From positions 1 through 47,931 of the forward strand of contig JALUWF010000072.1 in NCBI GenBank assembly GCA_027019785.1: 47,931 nt of DNA, read 5' to 3'. Shown here one piece after another: positions 39,349-47,931 of this stretch (the first letter of the stretch is position 1; each line of letters starts with the position of its first letter). The translations under genes and the position numbers were made by a program. This stretch comes from Mariprofundus sp. (GTDB lineage: Bacteria > Pseudomonadota > Zetaproteobacteria > Mariprofundales > Mariprofundaceae). Below the pieces are notes generated by a model. That model made no database searches, had not been told where the DNA came from, and saw nothing but the letters and a program-made list of their open reading frames with translations.

Positions 39349-40128
39349 TCATCTGTCAGACTTCCGTATTGTGCCTTCATCGTCAGGTAAATCATCCTCA
39401 AAATCGGGGTAAACCGGTTCAGGCGGGTGGCCATCGTAGATCAGATAGTTGCGATGCTGCATCCACGCCTCGCGCGTAAACACGTAGGGATCGAGCGCGG
39501 ATTCATTCACAAAGCGGATGGCATCCGAAGCACGGCTGCGCAGGTCCACGGTCGATAATATGGACAGGGGAATCATCACCGATGAGGCGACAAAGAAACC
39601 GGCATAGAATAGTCCGTCGGTTAGCGTGCTCACGGCAAGATCAGGCGTGTTGCGAACCGTATCCGGGCCGAGTATAGGCAATACCATATAGGCGCCGGCG
39701 GGGGCCCCCCATACTGCCAGCGTCTGACCGAAGTCCTCCTGGTGTTTTTCCAGTCCCATGGGAGTAGCCGGATCAAACAGCCCGGCTACTCCCAGCGTGC
39801 TGTTAATCAGGAAACGTCCCAGATCGGCAACGCCCTGCTTGCCTTTGGCTTGCAGAAAATCGTTCAGCACCGTGCCGATATAACGGCTGTTGTCGAAAAA
39901 GTTGGAGACGAGTATGCGGCCCTGTTTGGGGGTGACGGCCACATAGCCCTTTGACAGGGGGCTGAGAATCAGCCGGTCGACGACACTATTGAAACTGTAC
40001 GACACCCGGTTGACCTTTTCCGCCGGATCATACACCTGACCGGCCGGCAGACTGGCGCAGCCGCCCAACAGCGCGCCCGACAAGGCCAGCACCATAGCCA
40101 ATAAGGCTGCGTTAGCGGTATTGCGCAA
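39349..40128 (-). CDS. VacJ/MlaA-family lipoprotein
   Basis: Lipobox LLGGC, RFLINSTLGVAGLFD, EDFGQTL, LPILGP, LDPYVFTREAW. Confidence 0.92.
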   Translation of the reverse strand: MRNTANAALLAMVLALSGALLGGCASLPAGQVYDPAEKVNRVSYSFNSVVDRLILSPLSKGYVAVTPKQGRILVSNFFDNSRYIGTVLNDFLQAKGKQGVADLGRFLINSTLGVAGLFDPATPMGLEKHQEDFGQTLAVWGAPAGAYMVLPILGPDTVRNTPDLAVSTLTDGLFYAGFFVASSVMIPLSILSTVDLRSRASDAIRFVNESALDPYVFTREAWMQHRNYLIYDGHPPEPVYPDFEDDLPDDEGTIRKSDR

Positions 40129-40774
40129 TTTTAACTTTCAGTTTGTTGATCAGGGCATGGAATCCCTGAACTTTGAGTACAGATGCGTAGTCGGCCCGTT
40201 TCAGGGCCAGGTCGCTAACGCCATCGGCGATGACATTAATCACCCGCCAACCCCGGTGTGATCGTCGCAGAATATAATCGAGCTGCACCGCATCGTCATC
40301 GGGTCGGACAAGCAGGGTATGTATCACGATTCGATGATGGCTCAGCGGCTGTTCAGAGGTATATTTGAATGATTCACCGCTGTATCCGTCAAAACGATTG
40401 GCGTAGGTGGCGATCACCAGACGGGAGAAAACATCGACAAACTGTTGGCGCTGCCCGGCGCTTAGATGACGCCAGCCGCGCCCGATGGATAGGCGCGCCA
40501 CCAATGGCAGATCATAGGTGTGGCGAATTTCCGGCTCCAGCTTCGCATAGCGCCCCTGAAATCCGAGGCGGTCGGCCTGCTTCATCACCGTCAACAGCGC
40601 AGCGTGAAAGTGCTGAATCACCACAGCCGGTTTTTCCGTCGCCTCTATTGCTGCCGCTTGCGCGAGAGCGCCCGTCATAGCGAACATTAACACCGTCAGG
40701 CCAGCAATCACGCCCAAACGAAGCGTGTCTGTTCTGTGGTTCATTTTTTTTATTGTTTGCTCTTCGACTTTCAT
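40112..40774 (-). CDS. hpnM: HpnM / MlaC (Ttg2D)-family periplasmic protein
   Basis: Signal peptide, TYANRFDGYSGE, WRVINVIADGVSDLALKRADY; within the hopanoid cluster. Confidence 0.85.
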   Translation of the reverse strand: MKVEEQTIKKMNHRTDTLRLGVIAGLTVLMFAMTGALAQAAAIEATEKPAVVIQHFHAALLTVMKQADRLGFQGRYAKLEPEIRHTYDLPLVARLSIGRGWRHLSAGQRQQFVDVFSRLVIATYANRFDGYSGESFKYTSEQPLSHHRIVIHTLLVRPDDDAVQLDYILRRSHRGWRVINVIADGVSDLALKRADYASVLKVQGFHALINKLKVKIAQYR

Positions 40775-40801
40775 CTGTGTCTATTTGCGTGCATCTGCGT
40801 C
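40772..40801 (-). repeat. Repeat arm H overlapping the hpnH stop and possible hpnM start
   Basis: Minus strand GACGCAGATGCACGCAAATAGACACAGATG, same type as 29129-29157. Confidence 0.7.
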
Positions 40802-41860
40802 AATATTTACAGGTATATCCGGCACCATGGCACCAGCAATACGCGGCCCGCGCAGGGCGACGGACAATGTTTTGAGCGGATGCGCCACGGCATCATTCAC
40901 GGCCGTGGGTTCATAGCCGCAATGCGCCATGCAGTTGGCGCATTTGGGATTACGACCGGATCCGTAGGCGCTCCAGTCCGTATCTTCCATCAGCGATTTG
41001 AAGCTGGGCGCATAGCCTTCATCCACCAGCAGATAGCAGGGTCGCTGCCAACCGAAGATATTGCGAGTGGGGTTGCCCCATGCCGTACACTGATAGGTCT
41101 GGTTGCCAGCCAGAAAATCCAGAAACAGACTGGACTGATTGAACACCCAACGCTTCTTTCCCCTCCGTTGACGGCCCAGTCGGAAAATGTCGCGGAACAG
41201 CTGTTTGGTCGCCTGACGCTGTAAAAAAACATCCTGCTGCGGCGCATGTTCATAGGAGAATCCCGGCGACACATTGATGCCTTCCACCCCCAGACCCATG
41301 ACGAAATCAAAGAATTCTGCAGCTTCATCGGCAGATTCGCCCTGAAAAAAGGTGCAGTTCACGGTGACGCGAAAACCCTTTCTGACGGTCTGTTTGATGA
41401 CTTTCACCACCTGATCGAAGACGCCCGTCTGGCAGACGGAAGCATCATGACGCCCGCGCAGACCGTCCAGATGAATTGAGAAAGTCAGGTAGGGCGATGG
41501 TGCATAGGCTGCTATCTTTTTCTCCAGCAACAGGGCATTGGTACACAGGTAAATATATTTGCGGCGCTGAATGATGCCCTGCACGATTTCAGGCATCTCC
41601 TTGTGAATCAGCGGCTCGCCACCGGCGATAGAAACGACCGGCGCACCGCACTCATCGACGGCACCCAGACAGTCCGCGACGCTTAAGCGCTTGTTCAGAA
41701 TGGCATCGGGATAATCAATCTTACCACAGCCTGAACAGGCCAGATTACAACGGAACAGTGGTTCCAGCATCAGCACGAGCGGATAGCGCTGTCCGCCGCG
41801 CAGGTGCTGGCGTACAAGGTAGTAACCGATCCCGATTTTCTGGCGTAAAGGTATGCTCAT
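40781..41860 (-). CDS. hpnH: Adenosyl-hopene synthase radical SAM protein HpnH
   Basis: YPLVLMLEPLFRCNLACSGCGKIDYP, SIAGGEPL, GWQRPCYL, CANCMAHCGYE. Confidence 0.96.
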   Translation of the reverse strand: MSIPLRQKIGIGYYLVRQHLRGGQRYPLVLMLEPLFRCNLACSGCGKIDYPDAILNKRLSVADCLGAVDECGAPVVSIAGGEPLIHKEMPEIVQGIIQRRKYIYLCTNALLLEKKIAAYAPSPYLTFSIHLDGLRGRHDASVCQTGVFDQVVKVIKQTVRKGFRVTVNCTFFQGESADEAAEFFDFVMGLGVEGINVSPGFSYEHAPQQDVFLQRQATKQLFRDIFRLGRQRRGKKRWVFNQSSLFLDFLAGNQTYQCTAWGNPTRNIFGWQRPCYLLVDEGYAPSFKSLMEDTDWSAYGSGRNPKCANCMAHCGYEPTAVNDAVAHPLKTLSVALRGPRIAGAMVPDIPVNIDADARK

Positions 41861-42070
41861 ATCAATCCCGGTAGTCTGTATTGCGGTCAACGAAAGCGGG
41901 GCATACTGTCGGGATGACCATTTTCAGGCAAGGAGATGATGATGGATTGACACCAGGAGCTGTGACACGCACATTTGCCAGACGGTTTTTGCGGAACTGC
42001 AGCACTCACTTATGGCTGCTCAGCCCGATCCGGATCTATTCGAAAACAAGGTGAAAGAAGTCATGCAATC

Positions 42071-42763
42071 ATGCTAGTTACCATTCATCAACCCAACTAT
42101 CTGCCCTGGCCGGGCTTTTTTAATAAGTGGATGCAGTCCGATGCTTTTGTGATTCTCGATACCGTCCAGTTTCACAAGAATGACTGGCAGAATCGCAACC
42201 GCATCAAGAGCATCAACGGGGCGTCATGGCTTTCTGTGCCTGTCCATTTTCATTTTCCCGACGCCATCAGCGAGGTTCAGATCGCCGATATGAACTGGGC
42301 GAAAAAACAGCTGAGCAGCATTCGTCAAAGTTATGCCAAAGCGCCGTTCTTTGCCGCTTACTGGCCAGAAATCGAGGCGATTTTATCCGCACAGTGGCGC
42401 AGTCTGCGCGATATGAATATGGCGCTGATTCGTCTGCTCGGGCGCATGCTCGGTTGTCATGCGCCGCTCTATATGGCCAGCGATCTGCCTGTGACGGAAC
42501 AGGATCCGACCATGCGGCTGATTGCACTGTGCCGGTTGCTACAGGCGGACGGCTATCTCTCCGGCAGCGAGGGGCGCAATTATCTGTTGCAGCATCGCTT
42601 TCGAGAGCACGATATTGCGTTATGGTTTCAGCACGCCACAGCGCCGGTCTATCCGCAGCTGCATGGCGATTTTATCCCGTATCTGTCGGTGATCGATCTG
42701 CTCTTTAATGTCGGCGATGAAGCGACAAAAACTGTTCGGGAGATGGGAGGAAAAGTACGATGA
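42071..42763 (+). CDS. WbqC-family protein
   Basis: IHQPNYLPWPGFF, WQNRNRI, YLSGSEG, LSVIDLLFN. Confidence 0.92.
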   Translation: MLVTIHQPNYLPWPGFFNKWMQSDAFVILDTVQFHKNDWQNRNRIKSINGASWLSVPVHFHFPDAISEVQIADMNWAKKQLSSIRQSYAKAPFFAAYWPEIEAILSAQWRSLRDMNMALIRLLGRMLGCHAPLYMASDLPVTEQDPTMRLIALCRLLQADGYLSGSEGRNYLLQHRFREHDIALWFQHATAPVYPQLHGDFIPYLSVIDLLFNVGDEATKTVREMGGKVR

Positions 42764-43374
42764 GAAAGATTCTGGCCCTGGCCCCGCATCCTGATGATGT
42801 GGAGATCGGTTGTGGTGGCACGCTGGCCGCGCTCTCCGGCGGCGGCGATGAAGTTCATCTGTTTGTAGCTACCGATGGCGGTCGCGGCGGCGATGCCGTC
42901 ATTCGCCGCGCGGAGCAGCAGGCAGCCGCTGCAATACTGAGCGTGCATGAAATTCACTGGGGTGGTTTTATGGATACACAACTCGCCGCCGCTACGGTGC
43001 AACTGATTGAACATATCGAGCTGCTGGTCAACCGTATCAAGCCCGACATGGTGTTTATCAATCACCATGTCGACACGCATCAGGATCACCGCGCCCTTGC
43101 CAGCGCGGCCCATTCGGCCACGCGATATGTAGCTAATGTGCTGGCCTATGAAACACCGACCAGCGATGCTTTTGAACCGACAGTATACTGGGATATCGGC
43201 GCCTGCATGCAGCAGAAGCTCGATGCTTTGTCCGCCCATGCCTCGCAGGTGCAACGCACCAACATTCAGGGCTTGAGCATTATCGATATTGCGACATCGA
43301 CAGCACACTACCGGGGCATGAACGGACGTCTGAACAGTGCGGAAGCATTTATGCCGAAACGGATGCAGTTTTGA
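42760..43374 (+). CDS. PIG-L family deacetylase
   Basis: APHPDDVEIGCGG, RRAEQ, DTHQDH, AHASQ. Confidence 0.92.
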   Translation: MRKILALAPHPDDVEIGCGGTLAALSGGGDEVHLFVATDGGRGGDAVIRRAEQQAAAAILSVHEIHWGGFMDTQLAAATVQLIEHIELLVNRIKPDMVFINHHVDTHQDHRALASAAHSATRYVANVLAYETPTSDAFEPTVYWDIGACMQQKLDALSAHASQVQRTNIQGLSIIDIATSTAHYRGMNGRLNSAEAFMPKRMQF

Positions 43375-43392
43375 TGCAGAAATCGTAGGCCC

Positions 43393-44523
43393 GTGATGCA
43401 TGATGCCAACATGATTCCGCACTCGCGTCCGCGCGTCGGGGCAGGGTGGCTGGATGGCGTGCGGCGCGTCTTGCGCTCGGGGCAGCTGGCGGCCGGCGAT
43501 GAATTGCGCAGCCTGGAATCCGAAGTGGCCGCCCGACTGCATCAACCCTGTGCCGCAGCCGTTGACAGCGGCACCAGCGCCTTGATGTTGGCCATTCGTG
43601 CGTTGAAAGTGGCTAATGATAAGGGGGATATTGCAAGATTCGTCGTGGGTATTCCCGCCTATACATGCGTTTCGGTGTTGCATGCCGTGCTGGCCGCCGG
43701 CGCGACTCCGCTGTGTATGGATTGCGGTGATGATCTGCGTCTGGATCGAGACAAGGCATTGACCATGGCCAGGCAGCTCGACGCCGTGGTACTGGTTCAC
43801 CCTTTTGGATATGCCGAGCCATGCATCTCGGATGCGTGGCCCTGCCCGGTGATTGAGGATATTTCCCAGTCTGCCGGCGCCTGTTGGCAGGGGCACCCGT
43901 TGGGTAGTGCTGGCGATATGAGCATCGTATCATTTTATGCCACCAAGCCGTGGGGCGGTGCGTACGGAGGCATGGTACTCAGTCGCGATGCACAGCTGAT
44001 TGCGCAGATCAGACGTATGCGTCGATCCGATGATTGCGATACGGGCGTGCACTACGCCGGCAACCATCAGCTCTCGGATATGCACGCGGTGCTGGCGCAC
44101 ATGCGGCTGCAGCAGGCGGATCAGGAACGCGAGCGCAGAAACAGCTGCGCCGCGCTGTTTGATGACTGTTTCGCCGCCGCCAGCCATCAATCGCTCAGTT
44201 GCATCAAGAGCAGCAGTTATTACCGCTATATCGTCAGGTGCAGTCTCGGCGCGGACAGTGTGATCCGGCACTTCAGGCAGCAGCGCATCTACGCCTGCCG
44301 ACCGGTAAAACAACCGATCTCCACACTGCTTGGCGATGATTCCTGCTGTGGTGCTGAATCCGCATGGCATGATTGTGTTTCCATTCCGCTGCTGAACGAT
44401 TTTTCTGCGGATGAAATGCAGCGGATGTGCGAAGCGATTAAGGCGCTGCCTGCGTTTCTCTCTGTTTATTCTGCTGGTGCTGATGATTGTGGCCTCCGGC
44501 GGCATGTATGTGGTGGAACATGA
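43393..44523 (+). CDS. DegT/DnrJ/EryC1/StrS-family PLP aminotransferase, C-terminus run on into foreign sequence
   Basis: DSGTSAL, IPAYTC, VHPFG, IEDISQS, SFYATK (PLP Lys). Start may be 43396 or 43411. Confidence 0.88.
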   Translation: MMHDANMIPHSRPRVGAGWLDGVRRVLRSGQLAAGDELRSLESEVAARLHQPCAAAVDSGTSALMLAIRALKVANDKGDIARFVVGIPAYTCVSVLHAVLAAGATPLCMDCGDDLRLDRDKALTMARQLDAVVLVHPFGYAEPCISDAWPCPVIEDISQSAGACWQGHPLGSAGDMSIVSFYATKPWGGAYGGMVLSRDAQLIAQIRRMRRSDDCDTGVHYAGNHQLSDMHAVLAHMRLQQADQERERRNSCAALFDDCFAAASHQSLSCIKSSSYYRYIVRCSLGADSVIRHFRQQRIYACRPVKQPISTLLGDDSCCGAESAWHDCVSIPLLNDFSADEMQRMCEAIKALPAFLSVYSAGADDCGLRRHVCGGT

Positions 44524-44608
44524 TGTCCAGCCCGAGGCCTTCGGTAGTATCCCGCGCGCCATGTGGTGGGCGGCGGTGACGCTGACCACCGTGGGCTATG
44601 GCGATGTG
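44456..44608 (+). pseudogene. Fragment of a potassium channel (S5, pore helix, selectivity filter)
   Basis: FSLFILLVLMIVASGGMYVVEHDVQPEAFGSIPRAMWWAAVTLTTVGYGDV; no S1-S4 and no S6. Confidence 0.85.
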
Positions 44609-44676
44609 TCAACTGCAGCCGCTGCCCGCACTGCGGCGAAAGGCTGGTGTCGGCTGCGGATAAGCCAACATAACGA

Positions 44677-45429
44677 TTATTTGAGCGGATGGAAGCGGAT
44701 GCGGTTGACTCGGAAGAATTCGAATTGCTGACGTGGCAGTTCAAATGGGGCGGCGGCCTTGATGGCCCGGATCAGGGATGCATCCATCGCCGCATTGCCT
44801 GAGCTCTCAAGAATTTTCACCGAGGCGACAGCCCCGCTGGGCAATAGTTGCATTTCTACCAGCGGGTCGGTGAATTTGGCTGCGCTGATCGGTAATTTCC
44901 AGTGCTGCTGCACGGCAGCTTGCATCAGGGCGATATAGCGCTCCTTTTCACTGCTGGATAGCTGCTTGCCAACCAGGTTGGCCAGATCGGGATGCGATGA
45001 GCTGGCTTTTTTTCTGGATACATGCCTGTCCGAGCTGGATGCAAGTGGTGCAAACGGGTCGAAATTATCCTCCACTTTGGCTGGCGCAGCCTTTTTCACG
45101 ACAGTCTTGTGGGCCGGTTTCGGTTTGTGGAGAGCCGGTGCAGGTCTGGGCTTTACGATCGCCTTTTTAGGTTTGGGTTTTGGCTTCGGTTTGATTTTAG
45201 GCTTTGGCTTCGGCCTGGCTTTCACTTTCACCTGTTTGTGTTTAACCGTTCTGGCCCTGCGGTGCGACGGATGTTCCAGTTTTGCCAGCTGTTTGGCCGA
45301 AATCATCATGACTTCGATGCGCTTTAACGGTTCAGGCTGATGTCTGTGCTGCCAGTAGATCAACACGCCAATCACTGTGAACACCAGTATATGGAACAGT
45401 AGTGCAAACAGCAGATCCAGCGCTTTCAA
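44677..45429 (-). CDS. tolA: TolA / TonB C-terminal domain protein
   Basis: TM helix with ALLFH, Lys/Pro-rich linker, ILESSGNAAMDASLIRAI; follows tolQR. Start uncertain (TTG 45429). Confidence 0.8.
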   Translation of the reverse strand: MKALDLLFALLFHILVFTVIGVLIYWQHRHQPEPLKRIEVMMISAKQLAKLEHPSHRRARTVKHKQVKVKARPKPKPKIKPKPKPKPKKAIVKPRPAPALHKPKPAHKTVVKKAAPAKVEDNFDPFAPLASSSDRHVSRKKASSSHPDLANLVGKQLSSSEKERYIALMQAAVQQHWKLPISAAKFTDPLVEMQLLPSGAVASVKILESSGNAAMDASLIRAIKAAAPFELPRQQFEFFRVNRIRFHPLK

Positions 45430-45463
45430 GTCAGCGCTGCGATTTCTCCGCTGTTTTTGTCTG

Positions 45464-45880
45464 TTAACGGCGTGGCTCTGTGACAAGTCCAACCTTCTTG
45501 ATGCCGGCGCTTTCCAGCCTGCCCATGACTGCCGCGACGCGCCCGTACGGTGTTTTGGCATCGCCGCGAATGAATACAGGAAGATTGTGTTTCTCTTTGC
45601 GTATCGCCTTAATTCTTGGCGCTAACTTCTTGATATCAATTTTATGTTTCTGCATATAAATATTTCCGTTGGCGCGAATGGTAACCACCAGCGGCTCCAC
45701 ATTCTGTTGCAGCGACGGGGCATCGGCTTCCGGCAGGTTCACATTGACGCCCTGGGTCAATAGCGGTGCAGTCACCATGAAAATAATCAGCAACACCAGC
45801 ATCACATCGACCAGCGGTGTCACGTTGATTTCGCCCATCGGCTCCAGATCTTTGTCCCATTTACTTTGTCCTGCCCACAT
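45464..45880 (-). CDS. tolR: TolR
   Basis: EINVTPLVDVMLVLLIIFMVTAP, IRGD, VGLVTEP. Confidence 0.93.
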   Translation of the reverse strand: MWAGQSKWDKDLEPMGEINVTPLVDVMLVLLIIFMVTAPLLTQGVNVNLPEADAPSLQQNVEPLVVTIRANGNIYMQKHKIDIKKLAPRIKAIRKEKHNLPVFIRGDAKTPYGRVAAVMGRLESAGIKKVGLVTEPRR

Positions 45881-45885
45881 ATTGA

Positions 45886-46575
45886 TTACCCCTTCAGGTG
45901 GCGCGAGACAATATTGAGAAATTCGGAACCGAACTGCTCCATATTGGCGCCTGTGCGCTTAAGGTCGGCCGAGAATTTATTGTAAGCCACCACGGCCGGA
46001 ATGGCTGCAATCAGACCGAATGCCGTGGCCACCAGAGCTTCGGCGATACCGGGCGCAACGGCAATCAGCGATGTATTTTTGGACAGCGCGATGCCCTGAA
46101 AGGCGTTCACAATCCCCCAGACGGTACCAAACAGGCCGATAAACGGGGCGGTGGAACCAACCGTGGCCAGAAACGGCAGGTGCCGGGAGAGCTTTTCTAT
46201 CTCTCTGGAAAAGGCTGCATCTAGTGCTCTGCGTACGCCGTCAATACCATTGCCGGCAATAATTTTACCTACAGCACTCTGACCTGCCTCACGTCGGGTG
46301 CGCATGAATTCACGATAGCCGGCCTGAAAAATATTGGGTAGTGGTGAATCGGGATACTGTTGTGGAATACCTGCCAGTATCGTATCCATATCCGAACCGC
46401 TCCAGAAGGCTTGGGAAAAGGCTTCGGCTTCACGTCGGGTTTTGCGATAAAAGCGCCATTTATTGAAAATAATCGCCCAGCTCATCAGCGATAGCAGGAT
46501 AAGCAACACCAGCACGCCCTGCACGATCAGACCGGCATGCAGGATGAGGTGAACGATGGATAAATCCTGAGACAT
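45886..46575 (-). CDS. tolQ: TolQ
   Basis: FLATVGSTAPFIGLFGTVWGI, VAPGIAEALVATAFGLIAAIPAV. Confidence 0.95.
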   Translation of the reverse strand: MSQDLSIVHLILHAGLIVQGVLVLLILLSLMSWAIIFNKWRFYRKTRREAEAFSQAFWSGSDMDTILAGIPQQYPDSPLPNIFQAGYREFMRTRREAGQSAVGKIIAGNGIDGVRRALDAAFSREIEKLSRHLPFLATVGSTAPFIGLFGTVWGIVNAFQGIALSKNTSLIAVAPGIAEALVATAFGLIAAIPAVVAYNKFSADLKRTGANMEQFGSEFLNIVSRHLKG

Positions 46576-46583
46576 GTGAACTC

Positions 46584-46997
46584 CTAGATATACTTTTTCA
46601 GTATAGTTGTAATTTCTGAGGGTATCCTGCTGACCGAGCCGCCCCGTTTGATACAGGCCAGATGAATCTCCGCTTCAGTCAATAGCTTACGGCTTTTTTG
46701 TCTGAGAATCCGTTGGCTGAATACGATGCGGGCACCGCGCATCTTAATGATACTGCTTTCGACAATCAGCATATCATTGAACAGGGCAGGGGCAGGGTAG
46801 CGAACATGCGCTTCGGTGACGGCGAATAACACGCCGAAATCCCGGTCAATGACATCCAGTTCCATTCCGGCAGCGCGCAGAAACTCGGTGCGGGCGCGCT
46901 CCATGAATTTCAGATAATTGGCATAATAGACTACGCCGCCATGATCGGTGTCCTCATAATAGACGCGGATGAGCATAGATTCCGAAAACCTGGTCAT
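46584..46997 (-). CDS. ybgC: Tol-pal associated acyl-CoA thioesterase
   Basis: RVYYEDTDHGGVVYYANYLKFMERARTE. Confidence 0.93.
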   Translation of the reverse strand: MTRFSESMLIRVYYEDTDHGGVVYYANYLKFMERARTEFLRAAGMELDVIDRDFGVLFAVTEAHVRYPAPALFNDMLIVESSIIKMRGARIVFSQRILRQKSRKLLTEAEIHLACIKRGGSVSRIPSEITTILKKYI

Positions 46998-47034
46998 TGG
47001 GGCCGCCAGTTTGTTTGCAATTCAAAAGCATATT

Positions 47035-47162
47035 CACCACGAAGAGCACGAAGGACACGAAGGGAGGCAGGAAAAGTAAAGGCGTTCAGCGACAGGTGTT
47101 TGTTTTGTGCGAACACCTGACCACAACGATTTTCCTTCGTGCTCTTCGTGTTCTTCGTGGTG
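47035..47162. repeat. Triple-unit inverted repeat locus I between ruvB and ybgC
   Basis: CACCACGAAGAGCACGAAGGACACGAAG ... CTTCGTGCTCTTCGTGTTCTTCGTGGTG with an inner hairpin CAGGTGTT/AACACCTG. Confidence 0.9.
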
Positions 47163-47178
47163 CAATCTTGTCTTATCT

Positions 47179-47931
47179 TCACAGCAGCGACTCCTGGCGT
47201 TCGCTGCCGGGCAGGGTGCGTTTCATATGTGCATAGGCCAGCGGCGTAGCAGTGCGACCGCGCGGGGTGCGGGCGATTAAACCTTCCTGCATCAGATAGG
47301 GCTCCAGCACATCTTCGATGGTGTCGCGCTCTTCCGAAATCGAAGCGGCCAGCGTATCCAGCCCGACCGGACCGCCGCTGTATTTATCGATAATCACCGA
47401 TAACAATTTGCGATCCTGATGATCGAGTCCCAGATGATCGACTTCGAGGCGGTGTAGTGATGAATCGGCGACGTTTTGGGTGATAGCGCCGTCATGTTCC
47501 ACTTCGGCGAAATCGCGTACCCGGCGCAATAAACGATTGGCAATACGCGGCGTGCCGCGTGAGCGGCGGGCGATTTCCATCGCGCCGCTGTTGGCAGTGT
47601 CAATATTCAGCAATCGCGCCGAGCGGCTGACAATGGTGGTCAGTTCCGTATGCGAATAAAATTCCAGTCGTTCAATGATGCCAAAACGATCACGCAGCGG
47701 ATTGGTCAGCAGGCCGGCGCGCGTGGTGGCACCGATCAGGGTGAAACGGGGGATATCCATTTTGATCGAGCGGGCGGCAGGGCCCTGACCAATGACGATA
47801 TCAAGCTGAAAATCTTCCATAGCCGGATAAAGTATTTCTTCAACCTGCGGACTTAAACGATGGATTTCATCGATAAACAGCACATCGCCTGCTTCAATGT
47901 TGGTCAGCATGGCGGCCAGATCGCCGGGGCG
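47179..47931 (-). CDS. ruvB: Holliday junction branch migration helicase RuvB (5' part outside the window)
   Basis: [51 protein letters not shown]. Confidence 0.97.
   Translation of the reverse strand, partial: RPGDLAAMLTNIEAGDVLFIDEIHRLSPQVEEILYPAMEDFQLDIVIGQGPAARSIKMDIPRFTLIGATTRAGLLTNPLRDRFGIIERLEFYSHTELTTIVSRSARLLNIDTANSGAMEIARRSRGTPRIANRLLRRVRDFAEVEHDGAITQNVADSSLHRLEVDHLGLDHQDRKLLSVIIDKYSGGPVGLDTLAASISEERDTIEDVLEPYLMQEGLIARTPRGRTATPLAYAHMKRTLPGSERQESLL

Noticed and set aside
42649-43896. 415-aa minus-strand ORF
   Set aside because: Antisense to well-supported PIG-L and DegT genes, with no recognisable motifs.
6222-47162. CRISPR array interpretation of the short repeats
   Set aside because: Units are 9-10 bp, adjacent, about three per arm, with no regular spacers and no cas genes.
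46994-47236. Short ORFs with LRVLRALRG / TTKSTKDTK
   Set aside because: Products of the 9-bp periodic inverted repeat, which is stop-free in these frames.

Overview
Bacterial chromosomal window; gene content and style are consistent with a Zetaproteobacterium such as Mariprofundus (inference only). In order it contains: (1) a ~11.5 kb signalling region with a broken REC-PAS-GGDEF gene, two hybrid histidine kinases, an orphan PstS-like protein, a c-heme chemoreceptor and a TonB receptor/periplasmic binding protein pair; (2) a 5' fragment of a group II intron; (3) ribE-ribBA-ribH-nusB, a small di-heme cytochrome, nadK, recN and an ArgA-like acetyltransferase; (4) a chemotaxis locus (sigma54-type promoter, PAS-MCP, a ~1350-aa membrane protein, cheY, hybrid cheA, cheW); (5) a hopanoid cluster (hpnH, hpnM, vacJ-like, shc, two hpnI, hpnJ, hpnN) interrupted by a FitA/VapC toxin-antitoxin pair with attC-like borders; (6) WbqC, PIG-L and DegT genes plus a K+ channel remnant; (7) tolA-tolR-tolQ-ybgC and the 3' part of ruvB. 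Two signals stand out. The ~1350-aa protein appears to fuse voltage-sensor-like helices and a CASTOR/POLLUX-type double-RCK channel to two CheZ-like domains directly upstream of cheY-cheA-cheW. A dispersed family of 3x(9-10 bp) direct-repeat arms, often paired as inverted repeats, occurs at about nine loci and sometimes enters coding sequence. All assignments come from reading motifs by eye; no searches were run.
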